64,000 nucleotides of DNA from Lepidodermella squamata (lineage: Eukaryota; Animalia; Gastrotricha): the NCBI GenBank assembly GCA_047495785.1, contig JBLDXI010000012.1, positions 992,001 through 1,056,000 on the forward strand, in the 5' to 3' direction. Below, piece by piece: positions 42,239-54,623 of this stretch. Every line of letters begins with the position of its first letter. Position 1 is the stretch's first letter. The position numbers and the translations under genes are program-made. The notes beneath the pieces are model-generated. The model ran no database searches. It had not been told where the DNA came from and worked only from the letters and a program-made list of their open reading frames with translations.

Positions 42239-42445
42239 TGCAGACCTTGGTTTTGATGTAAAAGTCACCCTCGACTCAACGCAACGAATGAGTTTTATTT
42301 CTTAGTACTTTCCTTTATATAGTCGGCTTGTTTACATTCTCACTTCAGTGCATTCTATTGCATGCATATATACATTATGGCTCTCGGTGCAAAGTCTGTG
42401 AGTCTTCGGGTGTGCTGTGGAATTCGCTGAGTTTCAGGGTCTGCA
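42239..42445 (-). repeat. 3' LTR
   Basis: TGCAGACC...GGTCTGCA terminal inverted ends; appears identical to 47184-47390; carries TATATAAA and AATAAA on the minus strand. Confidence 0.95.
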
Positions 42446-42450
42446 TCTGG

Positions 42451-42460
42451 TCCCCTCCTT
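42451..42460 (-). other. Polypurine tract
   Basis: AAGGAGGGGA lies just upstream of the 3' LTR on the element strand. Confidence 0.8.
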
Positions 42461-42793
42461 GAAAGGTTTGACCATCTGAGGCCTCGAAGATGCCCGAAAG
42501 TTGTTCGTTGTAGCTGTGGCTGTCTTAACTTATTGATTTGGTTGAGTTGGTGATGGTTGGTATGAAGACCTTCGTTTCGATTTGTTAGCAGATTAAGTAG
42601 CGTAATTGAAGTGTAGCCTAGTTGCGTTGCTTTTCGTGATTTTTATGCCGGGTATACGATTTGGTTATTATGTGGCAAGCTCATGTGTGAAGCACTCGAT
42701 GATATTTGTTACGATTTTGACGATCTTTACAAAATAACAAGAATTTAGCCTAGTTCATACTTTTTCCGAAATATATTTAATTTTACCCGTGAT

Positions 42794-45700
42794 TTAGGTT
42801 TCTTCCGGCCTGTCTCGCGTTAGGTATGCGAGACGATATTTTTCGCCATAGTGAATGCCGTCGCACCTTACGCAGTTAAGGTATAGGCCTGCGACGTATG
42901 ACGTAGATCGGTGTTTGAACTCCGGGCGAGCATGAATTGTCGCCACGCGATTCGCCTCCACGAAAGTGAGCTTTTCGAGCGCCCCTTCTCCTAGCCGTCT
43001 GTAGTCTATCCTGGCCCCGGTTGGTACGCACTTCTTGCAGTGATCATCTTCCGACTGAGCTGATTTTAGATTCTCCTGCGTGATTTTCATCTCTTCTGGC
43101 AATACGAGGTAAATCTTGCCACGTGGGGCTTTCTGGTTATTCTGCTTCCTACGTCTCTTCTTATTCCACTCCTCGACCTTAGGAACTACGTTCTCGCTCT
43201 TTTTCTCTGCTGCGGCTACTTTCTGGTCCTTTTTATCGAACTTCTCATTGAAAAGGAGCAATTTGGCGTCCTTCTGGGCTTGTTTAACTGGGTCATCGAA
43301 GTAGTGAGGTAACCTAGATAAACAATCTGGACCGGCCAAAAGTCTCCCAGGTTTGTGTATAATTGAGAAATTGAACAATGAAGCGTAACGAGCAATCCGC
43401 CCTAGCTTGCTGAAGCTATCTTTGTGTGTTAGCAGCGTGGTATTTGCTGCGTGGTCCGTAACTAGGTCAAAGTCTGTGCCTGGAGGTGTCGTTGGAGTTG
43501 ATAGTTCTTTCATCTTCAGATATGGAGAGAAAAATTTCAATGCTACTCCTATTCCGATTGCCTCTCGAACAGTTGTCGATTCGCCTTTTTCTGCCTTAGT
43601 TAAAGGTCGGGAGAAAAACCCAATGACCTTAATTTGTGACTTGCCGTTTTTGTCGTGCTGGCGCTGCATGAGACATGCTCCAATGCCTACGCCTGACGCA
43701 TCTACCTCCAAAATAAATCGGTCTTTCGGGTTTTTGTATGTTGGGTACCCTAGCACCGCTGGGCTGAGTAGCGCTTCTTTTACGTCTTGAAATGCTTTGT
43801 CCTCTTCTGGCCCCCACCTGAACTCCTTATTTTTGGAAGTTAGCTTGTTAAGTGGGGCTGCGAGAATTGCGAAGTTTTTGCAAAATTTGGAGTAATATGT
43901 TGCGAAGCCCATGAAAGTTCGAAGTGATGAGTGGTCCGTGGGTCTCGGCCAATCTTTTACGGCTGAAAGCTTCTCCATATTAGGGAGGACGCCCTGCGTA
44001 CTGATAATTACGCCCGCGAAGAGCGTCTTCTCGACCCCGAGCTTTGCTTTCGATTGTGAAAGCCTCAAATTACTACGGCGGATGCATTGTAAGAACTCCT
44101 CGAAACGATCTAGGCCATCGTCAAAGCTGTGACCCCACACCAACGTGTCATCTACGAACGCCATGAATTGACGTAGGTTTTTCGTTATGTACGACATCAA
44201 ACGGCAAAATCCGCTAGGACTACACCGAAGTCCTTGCGGACTGCGGGTATAACAAAGGGACTTGAGGGTATTGTTGTGCGTCTTGACGGAGAACGCCGTG
44301 ATGGGCTTGCTCTCCTCGTCCAACAGGACCGAGTGGAACGCGTCGTGAATGTCGTTAGCAAACACGGCGGCGATGGGCCCCATGTCGCTGTAGTCGAGCG
44401 GCAGCTGATGCACGCTCGGCAGCGTGATATTTTGGTTAATTTTCCTAAAATCGACCGTGAACCTGAGCCGCCCGTTGTTAGCGCGTCTGACGAGCACGAC
44501 CGGGCTGTTGAACGGTGATACGCATTCTTCTATCACGCCTTGTTTCAGCATCTTTTCGGTCTGTTCTAGGATTAGCGCGTTCTGATCTGGTTGGACCCTC
44601 CTGTATGGGACACTCACTGGTGGGCCGTGATAGTCGATGCGGTGCCGCATGGCATCGCATTTTCCGACATCGTCCGGACCTTTACTGTAACAATCGTGAT
44701 ATTCAATCAACAGTGACTTCAATCTTTCGAGATGTCTGCCGGTGAGGATGGTCTGTGATAGATCAATATCTGGCAGTAACTGTTTTAATTTCGCGTCTTT
44801 TTCTGCTGAAGTCATTTTATCCGCTGCTAAATGGCCAACGAACACATTTCCCCCTTTTTCGCGTTTTCCGCTTAAACGCTCGGTGCTCTCATCGTCGCTG
44901 AGCGCCGCGCCTATATGCGCTATAGAATCAGCGGCGTTGGTGCATGTTGCTATTTTTCGCCCTTCACGAATGGTTACGCTTTGTTGCCCTAAATTAATCA
45001 TCTGCACTGGCACAAAGCCGTTATGCGCGTAGCCAATTGAATGGCCTACTGCGATGAGATCTTTCGCATCATACGTATTATTTGGTTCAACATAAACAAG
45101 CGTGCCGTCGGGGATTGAGCCGCCGACGCGAGCGAAGATGAATGCGTTCGCGCACGCCGGCAAAATTAAATCTTCAGCTGCACTAATGGCAAAACACGCG
45201 CTTTCTTTCGCCGGTGCTTTCGGTGCAGAATTTTCAAGTGCAATTTTCTCGCCATTTTTCATCTGTATGAAACTGTCCTGCCACTGAGTATTATTTACGT
45301 GGCTACGAATGAAATCAGAACCGATAAGACCATCAACCTGAAGATTTTGAACGAAAGTAACAGGGTGGACTATCGAACTCGAACCTATCCTCATAGCGAC
45401 CTCCGCTCTGCCGACAACTGGTAATGGCGTGCCGTCAGGTCCTTTTGCTGATGCTGGCTGAATAATAGAACCTTTAGGCAAAAATTTGGCGTCGGCGCAT
45501 GTTATTGTCGCGCCGCTATCAAAGAGAAATGTTTGAAATTTTGAATTTTGAGACAGTTTGACAGAATTTTGAGAGAAATTGTTCTGTGGATTAATCGAGA
45601 CTTTTAAACCGTAACCTCCTGGGTCAATTCGGCCCACCATTGGAGGCTCCTCAATGTTTTGTTGGTGATTTTCAGTTTCAGTTTCAGTTTGGTGACCCAT

Positions 45701-46005
45701 TTTTTGCGATTCTTGATAATTTTCGGATTTTAAACGCAAATCCTGGAGTGAATTTGGCTGAAATTTGTCGTTATTTGCGGGTGATTCGAAATTCGGATTT
45801 GGCTTCTGATCTGAATTTTTAGGTACAAACTGGTTGACTGAGTTATATGAATGACAATTCTGGTGCTGAATGTTACAATTTCCGCAGCAACTATTTATTT
45901 GCTGCGCGCCGCTGCAGGCCTGTTCGCGCCTGCAAGGGCAATTTGAAGTTGAATTTTTGGGTTTTACGGCCGGCCGCCGCGCTGGGCCGGCCAGTTGGCG
46001 TTTCC
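42794..46005 (-). CDS. pol: Pol polyprotein (aspartic protease, RT, RNase H; no integrase), expressed by -1 frameshift from gag
   Basis: Protease FLFDSGAT; RT SPFNSPVVLV..RFTVDFRKIN, DIHDAF, SPQGL and FVDD; RNase H LEVDASGVGIGACL, REAIGI, TDH and HKPG..GPDCLSR. The frame is open upstream to the slippery site at 46000-46006. Confidence 0.9.
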
Positions 46006-47100
46006 CTGTCGCGTGGTTGGCAAGTAGCTTTGACTTTCTAAATCTCGCTGCCTTTTACGACATTCACGCTTGAAGTGACCGGGTTTTTGACAATAGAAAC
46101 AACAATTGTTGTCAGGGGAGGAGTTAGAGTTATCAATGTTTTTATTTGAGTTTTCATACCTCTGTTGCTGTGCAAACCTGCCCCCGCCTCGGCCTCCTCT
46201 CGAGCCGTTGGATCGGCCTTGGAAGTTCCGCTGCCCTTGGCTATTGGGCTGTTGATGCGGTGTATACTGCTGGAACTGCTGTTGCTGTTGGTATGGCCTG
46301 CTGTACGCTGACTGCGGGCGACCTCGGCCGCCTCGCCATGAGCCTCGCCCATTTTCGGCTCGAAGATTGGCGACCATTTCGCCTACGCTGTTGACGTGGT
46401 CACACATTTCATCTAGGCGCTTACTATGTTGGTCGAGAGCTGCACGGACATCCATGATCGCATTAACGGTTGCCCCTTCGCGGCTCTTTGTTATCTTTTC
46501 TTCCTCGACTGCGCGTTTAAGAACTTCGGCGCTGACCACATCGGCGGTTCCGCCTCGCTGTGCGGCTTCGCGCAGATGAGTTCGGAGGCCCGAGATAAAC
46601 TGCAGCTTTAGCTGTTTATCAAATCCCTCGGCGTTCGCCGCCGTAACTTGTGTTAACAGTCGCCTGATTCGGCTGTAGAAGTCTCGTACTGATTCGGTTG
46701 GCTGTTGAAACGCTGACCTAATTTGCAAACTTGCTTCGATTTCGGACGGCTTTAGGCCTGCCAGGTCCGCTAGCGCTGCTTTGGCTTCGGGAAGTGATCG
46801 AATGGTCGCTCGATCGGCGGTTTCCCAGAGATCCCTTAGCTTACGATCGAGCACACATGGTAATGACCGAATGGCATCGGCCTCCTTAACGGGCGGTTTA
46901 AGCCCCGCGGCCCTTGCCGCTTCGGCAGCCTCGGCCTCCGCTGCCGCTAGTGTCGTTCCGGCTGCGAGTTTCGCCGGATCGATGGCCCCATGTGCCCTGG
47001 CCACCGCTATGTAGGCATCGAAGCCATCGTCGAATGCTTCGGCCGAATCCGATGAAATGATCCTTGTGATTGGCGTGAATAACCGGCCTAGTTCTGCCAT
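45964..47100 (-). CDS. gag: Gag protein with CCHC zinc knuckle
   Basis: 378-aa ORF with a QQPTESVRDF major-homology-like motif, FISGL, and a CFYCQKPGHFKREC knuckle. Confidence 0.9.
   Translation of the reverse strand: MAELGRLFTPITRIISSDSAEAFDDGFDAYIAVARAHGAIDPAKLAAGTTLAAAEAEAAEAARAAGLKPPVKEADAIRSLPCVLDRKLRDLWETADRATIRSLPEAKAALADLAGLKPSEIEASLQIRSAFQQPTESVRDFYSRIRRLLTQVTAANAEGFDKQLKLQFISGLRTHLREAAQRGGTADVVSAEVLKRAVEEEKITKSREGATVNAIMDVRAALDQHSKRLDEMCDHVNSVGEMVANLRAENGRGSWRGGRGRPQSAYSRPYQQQQQFQQYTPHQQPNSQGQRNFQGRSNGSRGGRGGGRFAQQQRYENSNKNIDNSNSSPDNNCCFYCQKPGHFKRECRKRQRDLESQSYLPTTRQGNANWPAQRGGRP
45968..46006 (-). promoter_or_regulatory. Programmed -1 ribosomal frameshift signal
   Basis: G_GGA_AAC heptamer in the gag frame, a 7-nt spacer, then an 8-bp GGCCGGCC/GGCCGGCC stem. 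Pol is in the -1 frame and open from this point. Confidence 0.8.
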
Positions 47101-47165
47101 CTCTATTCAGTGTAGTTCTTGAAAAGAGATGTCTTGATTTGTTGCAATGTTGAATACGAGTAAAT

Positions 47166-47179
47166 CACCGCTGCCACCA
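47166..47179 (-). other. Primer-binding site (tRNA-Leu-like)
   Basis: TGGTGGCAGCGGTG lies 4 nt inside the 5' LTR and is complementary to a ...CACCGCTGCCA-CCA tRNA 3' end, as in tRNA-Leu(AAG/TAG). Confidence 0.75.
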
Positions 47180-47183
47180 AATA

Positions 47184-47390
47184 TGCAGACCTTGGTTTTG
47201 ATGTAAAAGTCACCCTCGACTCAACGCAACGAATGAGTTTTATTTCTTAGTACTTTCCTTTATATAGTCGGCTTGTTTACATTCTCACTTCAGTGCATTC
47301 TATTGCATGCATATATACATTATGGCTCTCGGTGCAAAGTCTGTGAGTCTTCGGGTGTGCTGTGGAATTCGCTGAGTTTCAGGGTCTGCA
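47184..47390 (-). repeat. 5' LTR
   Basis: 207-bp direct repeat of 42239-42445. Confidence 0.95.
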
Positions 47391-48419
47391 TAGCTAAAAC
47401 CAATGATTTTACAATAGATAGAAATATGACTTGCTGCATAAATATTTCTTTTGAGTAAAGAAGCATATTTCGCTTCAATTCGCATGTTCCGATGCGGTTA
47501 CATTGAAAACGAAGTCATGAATGACCACGAATGAAAGCACAGTTATCTCTTTCTTTCACCGCTATAATCGATTTCCACACGACAATGGACGTAGCTGAAT
47601 GACAGGAATCAAGTACGCCGATTGCCACTTCTGCAATGCGGGTTTTGATTCGCATATGCTATGTTTTCTTACTTTCTTACTTCTTATTTTTTGCTAACAA
47701 GGATAATTTGAGCAATTATTGATAATTTTCTTTCTTTGCATGGAATAGCGCTCCTCATACTTGTTACATTTTCGTGATTATTTTAGCAGTTTGGTCCAAA
47801 CGTGGACTCCGGAGAGCCTTTTGGACTCTTTTCGACTTTTTGTGGGCTCCGGAACGTATTTTGGTTTTTCGAGGTTGGACTCCAAATGGGCTCCGAACCT
47901 GTACTCCGCCAGGCTCCATCGGACTCCCTCGCCTGAAAGTGTTCACCAACTAGAGGTTGCCCATGAATCCTCGAAATTTTAAGCCCATTCGCGGCTTGAA
48001 AATGCTCAAAAAAGCGTTACCTAAAGGTCGCTTCGCTCGCGAGTCGACATTTTTTAGTAGCTTTTCAGGCCGCAAATTTTTTTGAACCTTGAATGCAATT
48101 TATTTAATTCCAAAATATTTAAATGCTAAATGTATTTTCTAATATAAAAAATGTCAACATCATCGGTCAAAAACAATCATGGGTCCAAACAAAATCAGAT
48201 CTATGGGTTACATAATAGGTATGGTCAAATCGCTAACACCTATCGATTGCGCTTGTCGACTTTACGAGGAGTACTGTATACGTTGTAATTTTTGTTGTGA
48301 CTTACTTTTCGTTAAGGGCTATATTTTCCTCGTTTTGACCAAAATAACGAAATTTTATCCCTATGTTATTTTATTCCTTGTTGAAAACTGGGCCAACGAA
48401 AATAAAATCTGTCAACGAA

Positions 48420-48815
48420 CAGAAGTTCGCCGCCTCCAACATGATTTGATTTTGATGCATAAAATGTATCAGGGATTAGTTGACATTGGTTTCTCTGATT
48501 TCTTTGAAATCAGCCGGAATCCTCGCCTACCTCCTCACTCTGTGAAGATGAGCGCGTGTAGAAATAACCTAAGCTATAAATTCTGCTTCTCTAGGCGTGT
48601 TCGTGCTGCGTGGAACCGTCTGTCTTCTGTTGTCGTAAATAATTCTCATCAAGCGTTCTGCAACTATATTAAACATAATTCTGCTCTATTTGATAAACAT
48701 GTAACATCTGCGGTGAGGCGCCTCGAAATCACATACTGCTGATCATTGAAATTTACCATTTGCTAACTGTTCATTACGATTTGCAAATAAAAATGAGTAT
48801 GAGTATGAGTATGAG
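48420..48815 (+). mobile_element. 5'-truncated CR1-like LINE
   Basis: EVRRLQHDLILMHKM..FF..FSRRVRAAWNRL resembles the CR1 ORF2 C-terminus. It ends in AATAAA followed by an (ATGAGT)n tail. Confidence 0.7.
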
Positions 48816-48839
48816 AACATTAGATTATAGATGACCAAT

Positions 48840-49230
48840 CACCGAAAACGAAAATAAGGTCGGCGAAGCACCAGTCGAGCTAATCGAGCTCTTCAAGCCG
48901 AAGACAGAGGTGAACCCCGGACTTCGCAGTTCCGCTAACGGCAGCCTCAAGGCCACGCAGTCCGACATTGTCACCCAAGATCGAACTTTCCTCATTCGCG
49001 GCTCGAAGGCATGGAGTCAGACCGACCCCTTCATTCGTAAGCTCACTAGCTCGAAAGCCTGCCGCAAAGCCGCCTACCTGCAGCAATTCTTCATCGAGCA
49101 GGTGTCTGAATGGAGCAAATAGATCATAGATCTATTTTTATAATCTATTTTCGTATCCTATTGTGCCACTCAGCGCCTAACACCGAATTATCGGTGACAG
49201 GTCTAACTTATCTACCATGAAATAACTTAA
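48840..49230 (+). mobile_element. LINE (L2/CR1-like) ORF2 3' remnant
   Basis: LIELF...LRSS..L...RTFLIRGSKAWSQTDPFIR resembles the LINE ORF2 tail. Boundaries are approximate. Confidence 0.45.
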
Positions 49231-49380
49231 AAACACGTTTCCCCCCTACAAAATTGCCTAGGTCTGGGTCCAAGATTTTTTCTTCGGGACGCTACGTAAC
49301 GAAGGGAGTGGTCATTAGTTTAACGGCATGAATTTCGTAGTTACGTCATGTTGAACTTACTAATGATAGTGGTTCATGTG

Positions 49381-49650
49381 CCTTAGTAAGCATACCTTAG
49401 CAAGCTTATGGTAAAGTGCCAAAAATTTGCAAAGAAAACGCTGACGCAGTTTTTGAATTGATGGAAAATGGTGAGCTTTTCCAAAATTTCCTTTTGGAGT
49501 CATGCAGTTCGAGGGTTATGACACACTACTAGCTAAAGAATGACATCCTACAAGCTTCAGCCTTCAATAAAGTTCACTTCAAAAGTCTGCAGTTTTTTGC
49601 AGATTTGGGGCACTTTACCCTATGCATTGCTAAGGGCTGCCTTGCTAAGG
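49381..49650. mobile_element. Degraded MITE with ~55-bp imperfect TIRs
   Basis: CCTTAGTAAGCATACCTTAGCAAGCTTATGGTAAAGTGCCAAAAATTTGCAAA matches the inverted right end CCTTAGCAAGGCAGCCCTTAGCAATGCATAGGGTAAAGTGCCCCAAATCTGCAAA. Confidence 0.6.
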
Positions 49651-50815
49651 ATGGCTAAGAATTTCTAGCGGGAATTGATAACAATGTGCTGTCAGAGTTA
49701 TAGTTTTGCGCTTGATCTGCATAAAGGAAACACCTTCCGATGAAAACGTGGGCCCTGGAAATCGACCAACCATACCAAACACAGAACACAAAACTGCACC
49801 AGTCCCCAAATTCAAATATCATGCGGACAAAAATTACTAATAATCTCAACTAAACACAAAGCCTTCTACCAGCGTAACTTTGTTTTATCAAATTTAAAAT
49901 AAAATTGTATTTATAATGTGACCTTGATCTGCCTAGTTTTGGAGCCAATTTTTTTCGTGCGGTGAGCCCCTCAGCTTTTTTCAGCGGCTCTCGTTCGAGA
50001 CTCTTTCGGCTTATCTGGCCTGCAAACTTTCGAGCTTCGAGCCTAGGCATTGAGCATTCAGGTGTCTTAATCCTTAGCCGACGTTGTGTCCAATATCCGA
50101 TTATCTAAGCCTAGTTCTCTTCACGGTCGCCTTCCTATTTCCTATCCTCTCCGTGGCGTGTTGTACTTCATCAATTAGCGACCAGATTACCGCTCTCCTA
50201 AATACTCTGCTCTAACTTTAGCTGAGCTTGATATGGTTGAAGTCAACTCTTCTTATCAAGCTAGGATTGCGATCCAACTTGGATACTATTTTGAAACGAA
50301 TTGAACAAATTGAACAGACTAAACTTGTCATTATTCTAGATTCTAGACCCATCGGAAGTTGCGTGAAGAACCCGATTGAAGCTTGCGCAATCAGGCACAG
50401 CGGCGAAAACTGTTTGAAGTATTGATTGTAACTACTGTCCAAGTATTTTCGTCTGTAGCCTTCAGCTCTGTGTGCACTGCGCATACCTAAGCTTAGCCTT
50501 ATCTGTACAACTCACAAGTACAAGGGAATCGGGGCTTCTGGAATATTCTACCTCTCGTTTTTCTGCAGTTTGAGCTGTCTGTTCAAGATGCGTGGCTCCG
50601 CAAAAAGTATGATTTCTCGGGTCATAGCGCGCAAGACATCGATTGTGTTGTAATGCTTTCCAGTTTAGATATAAGTACACGTAAAATTGCCATAGTCTGC
50701 ATTTCCATGGATTATTTCCCATGAAATTGTCTACACCCAAACGGCCCTTAGAAAAAAACCGCAGTGGATAAACGCTGTTTCTATATATTCCATGTTTCTT
50801 ACTGCTATGTGTTAA

Positions 50816-52825
<2,010 letters not shown>

Positions 52826-54110
52826 TCACGATGGAAAAAACTACTAGTATATTGCTTGCTCGGATTGCGTATATAAAAAATAATTCTCGATCCATGTATT
52901 TCATTTATTCGTTTTTATATATGGCTCGATGAAAGGAAAACAAATTACTAAACGATAATCAACTTTCAGGTTTTTTGCGGCGAAAAGTATTAGCTCGTCT
53001 CTCGTAGGAATTCGGCAATAATATTGAATCGTGAAGTATCGTTTCCGTTTCACACGAATTTGATCGTTGTCATTGTTCAGGTGTCCACTTTTTTAAGCTG
53101 GGCTGACTGTGTTTGCGGGCGCAACTGGTGATTCATGAATTGATAAAAAAAAAAACGGTTGAAATATGGATGAGGCAACATTCATCTTGTAACTATAATA
53201 TCAATAACCAATATGAAATGTATATCAGACCTATATTTGCATTTCTTATGAAAAATGAATGAAGATTTATGAATTGAATGAAAAAAGCTTGTGAAATTTC
53301 ATGCCCAGTGCCATCGTTGTCGCGCATCTTGTAAATATTATGAAATTCTTTGTTTTGTTTTTCTTTTATAATCAAACCTGATAACTCTACCCGGCAAATT
53401 TCCCGAAGCAGCTGCGCTCTAACCAAAGTTATAACCTTTAATTTTGCGAATGCTTCGTCGTCTCTTGAATTCAGAAAAAATGTTAGGCATGATGAACTTC
53501 GCCCCGAGTTTAACTGATTTGTTCATGCTTGTGACTGATGAAATGCGGGGTCTTGCTTTCGCCATTCGCTCGCAAACAGTCGCCCTGTGGATGAGAGACT
53601 AGCTATATATATTTTCAGCACGGTAGAGCGCTCATTTCTTCGCGTATACCACTCTGTACGTTTCGAATACGTGTATACATGAATCTAAAATTATTATTAT
53701 CCCAATTATCATCCTTGAAAGTTATTAATATTAATATTATTATATATTTATAGTGCGAATGCAAATGTACAACAAACAATTCCGAAAATGAAATAAAAAA
53801 ATTCAAATAGCTATAACCGAGTTTGAGTTTTAATTGGAAATCCTGCGTTATAGAGCCGCAGTGTGTGACGATTTTTCGCGAGGTTGGAAAGATCAGCATC
53901 ACTTGAAACTCGAAAAACTAGTCAATGGCGAGGACAGTGGACAAGCCATTTTCGCCTACTAAATTGAGGCCCGAGCGAGACCTGACAATTTTCTTGGAAA
54001 TGTTGATGACAGGTACTTCGAAAATTCATTTTCGCGTATGATTTCCGTAATGGCGGACCGTTGGTCTTGCCGGGATTGAAGCGATTTTCAAAAGAGAGGT
54101 CTAACGCCGA

Positions 54111-54398
54111 CAGGAGCGTAACCAGAAAATTGTTTTGGTAGTTGTTATGGATTTGAGAGTGAAATTTGCATTTTCCCCAGGGTTTTATAAAGCCGACAAA
54201 TGCCGATTTTCAATAGGAAATATTGAAAATATCGGGATTTCGAGCGAAGCGAGAAAAGTTTTGACAATTTCGCAAATAATTCCTCCATTTTAAGCAATTT
54301 TAGCCATTTTCTAGGGAAAATAGACCGAAGAGGGGTTTTCGATTTTTGATTTTGGTAGTTGTTTGAACAACCAAAACAACCAGCTGGTTACGCCACTG
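54111..54398. mobile_element. hAT-like MITE (288 bp)
   Basis: TIRs CAGGAGCGTAACCAG and CTGGTTACGCCACTG; flanks AACGCCGA and ACCGCCGA form a 7/8 TSD; internal CGAGCGAAGCGAG motif. Confidence 0.7.
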
Positions 54399-54550
54399 AC
54401 CGCCGATTTGAAAGACATAGTTCGACCATCCGGGAGAGCAGCGCGAGCCCAGGTGACTAGGCAAAATGCGGTGGATCCGCGAATCGCATCATTTGCGAAT
54501 AGGAAAAAATTGTTTCTCAGCATTTTTCGAATATTTAATACGAATTCTTA

Positions 54551-54589
54551 GCCCGGTTAGCTCTGTCGGTGACTCTTAATCCCAGGGTC
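54551..54589 (+). pseudogene. tRNA-Lys(CTT) remnant
   Basis: GCCCGGTTAGCTCTGTCGGT-[deletion]-GACTCTTAATCCCAGGGTC; the T-arm is absent. Confidence 0.7.
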
Positions 54590-54623
54590 AATTGCATAGT
54601 TTTTTTTTATAATTCAAGAACGT

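Larger units (their letters stand above)
42239..47390 (-). mobile_element. Ty3/Gypsy LTR retrotransposon (5,152 bp) lacking integrase
   Basis: Two 207-bp TG...CA LTRs, a 4-bp TSD TAGC (42235-42238 and 47391-47394), a PBS, a PPT, gag, and pol in PR-RT-RNaseH order. Confidence 0.95.
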
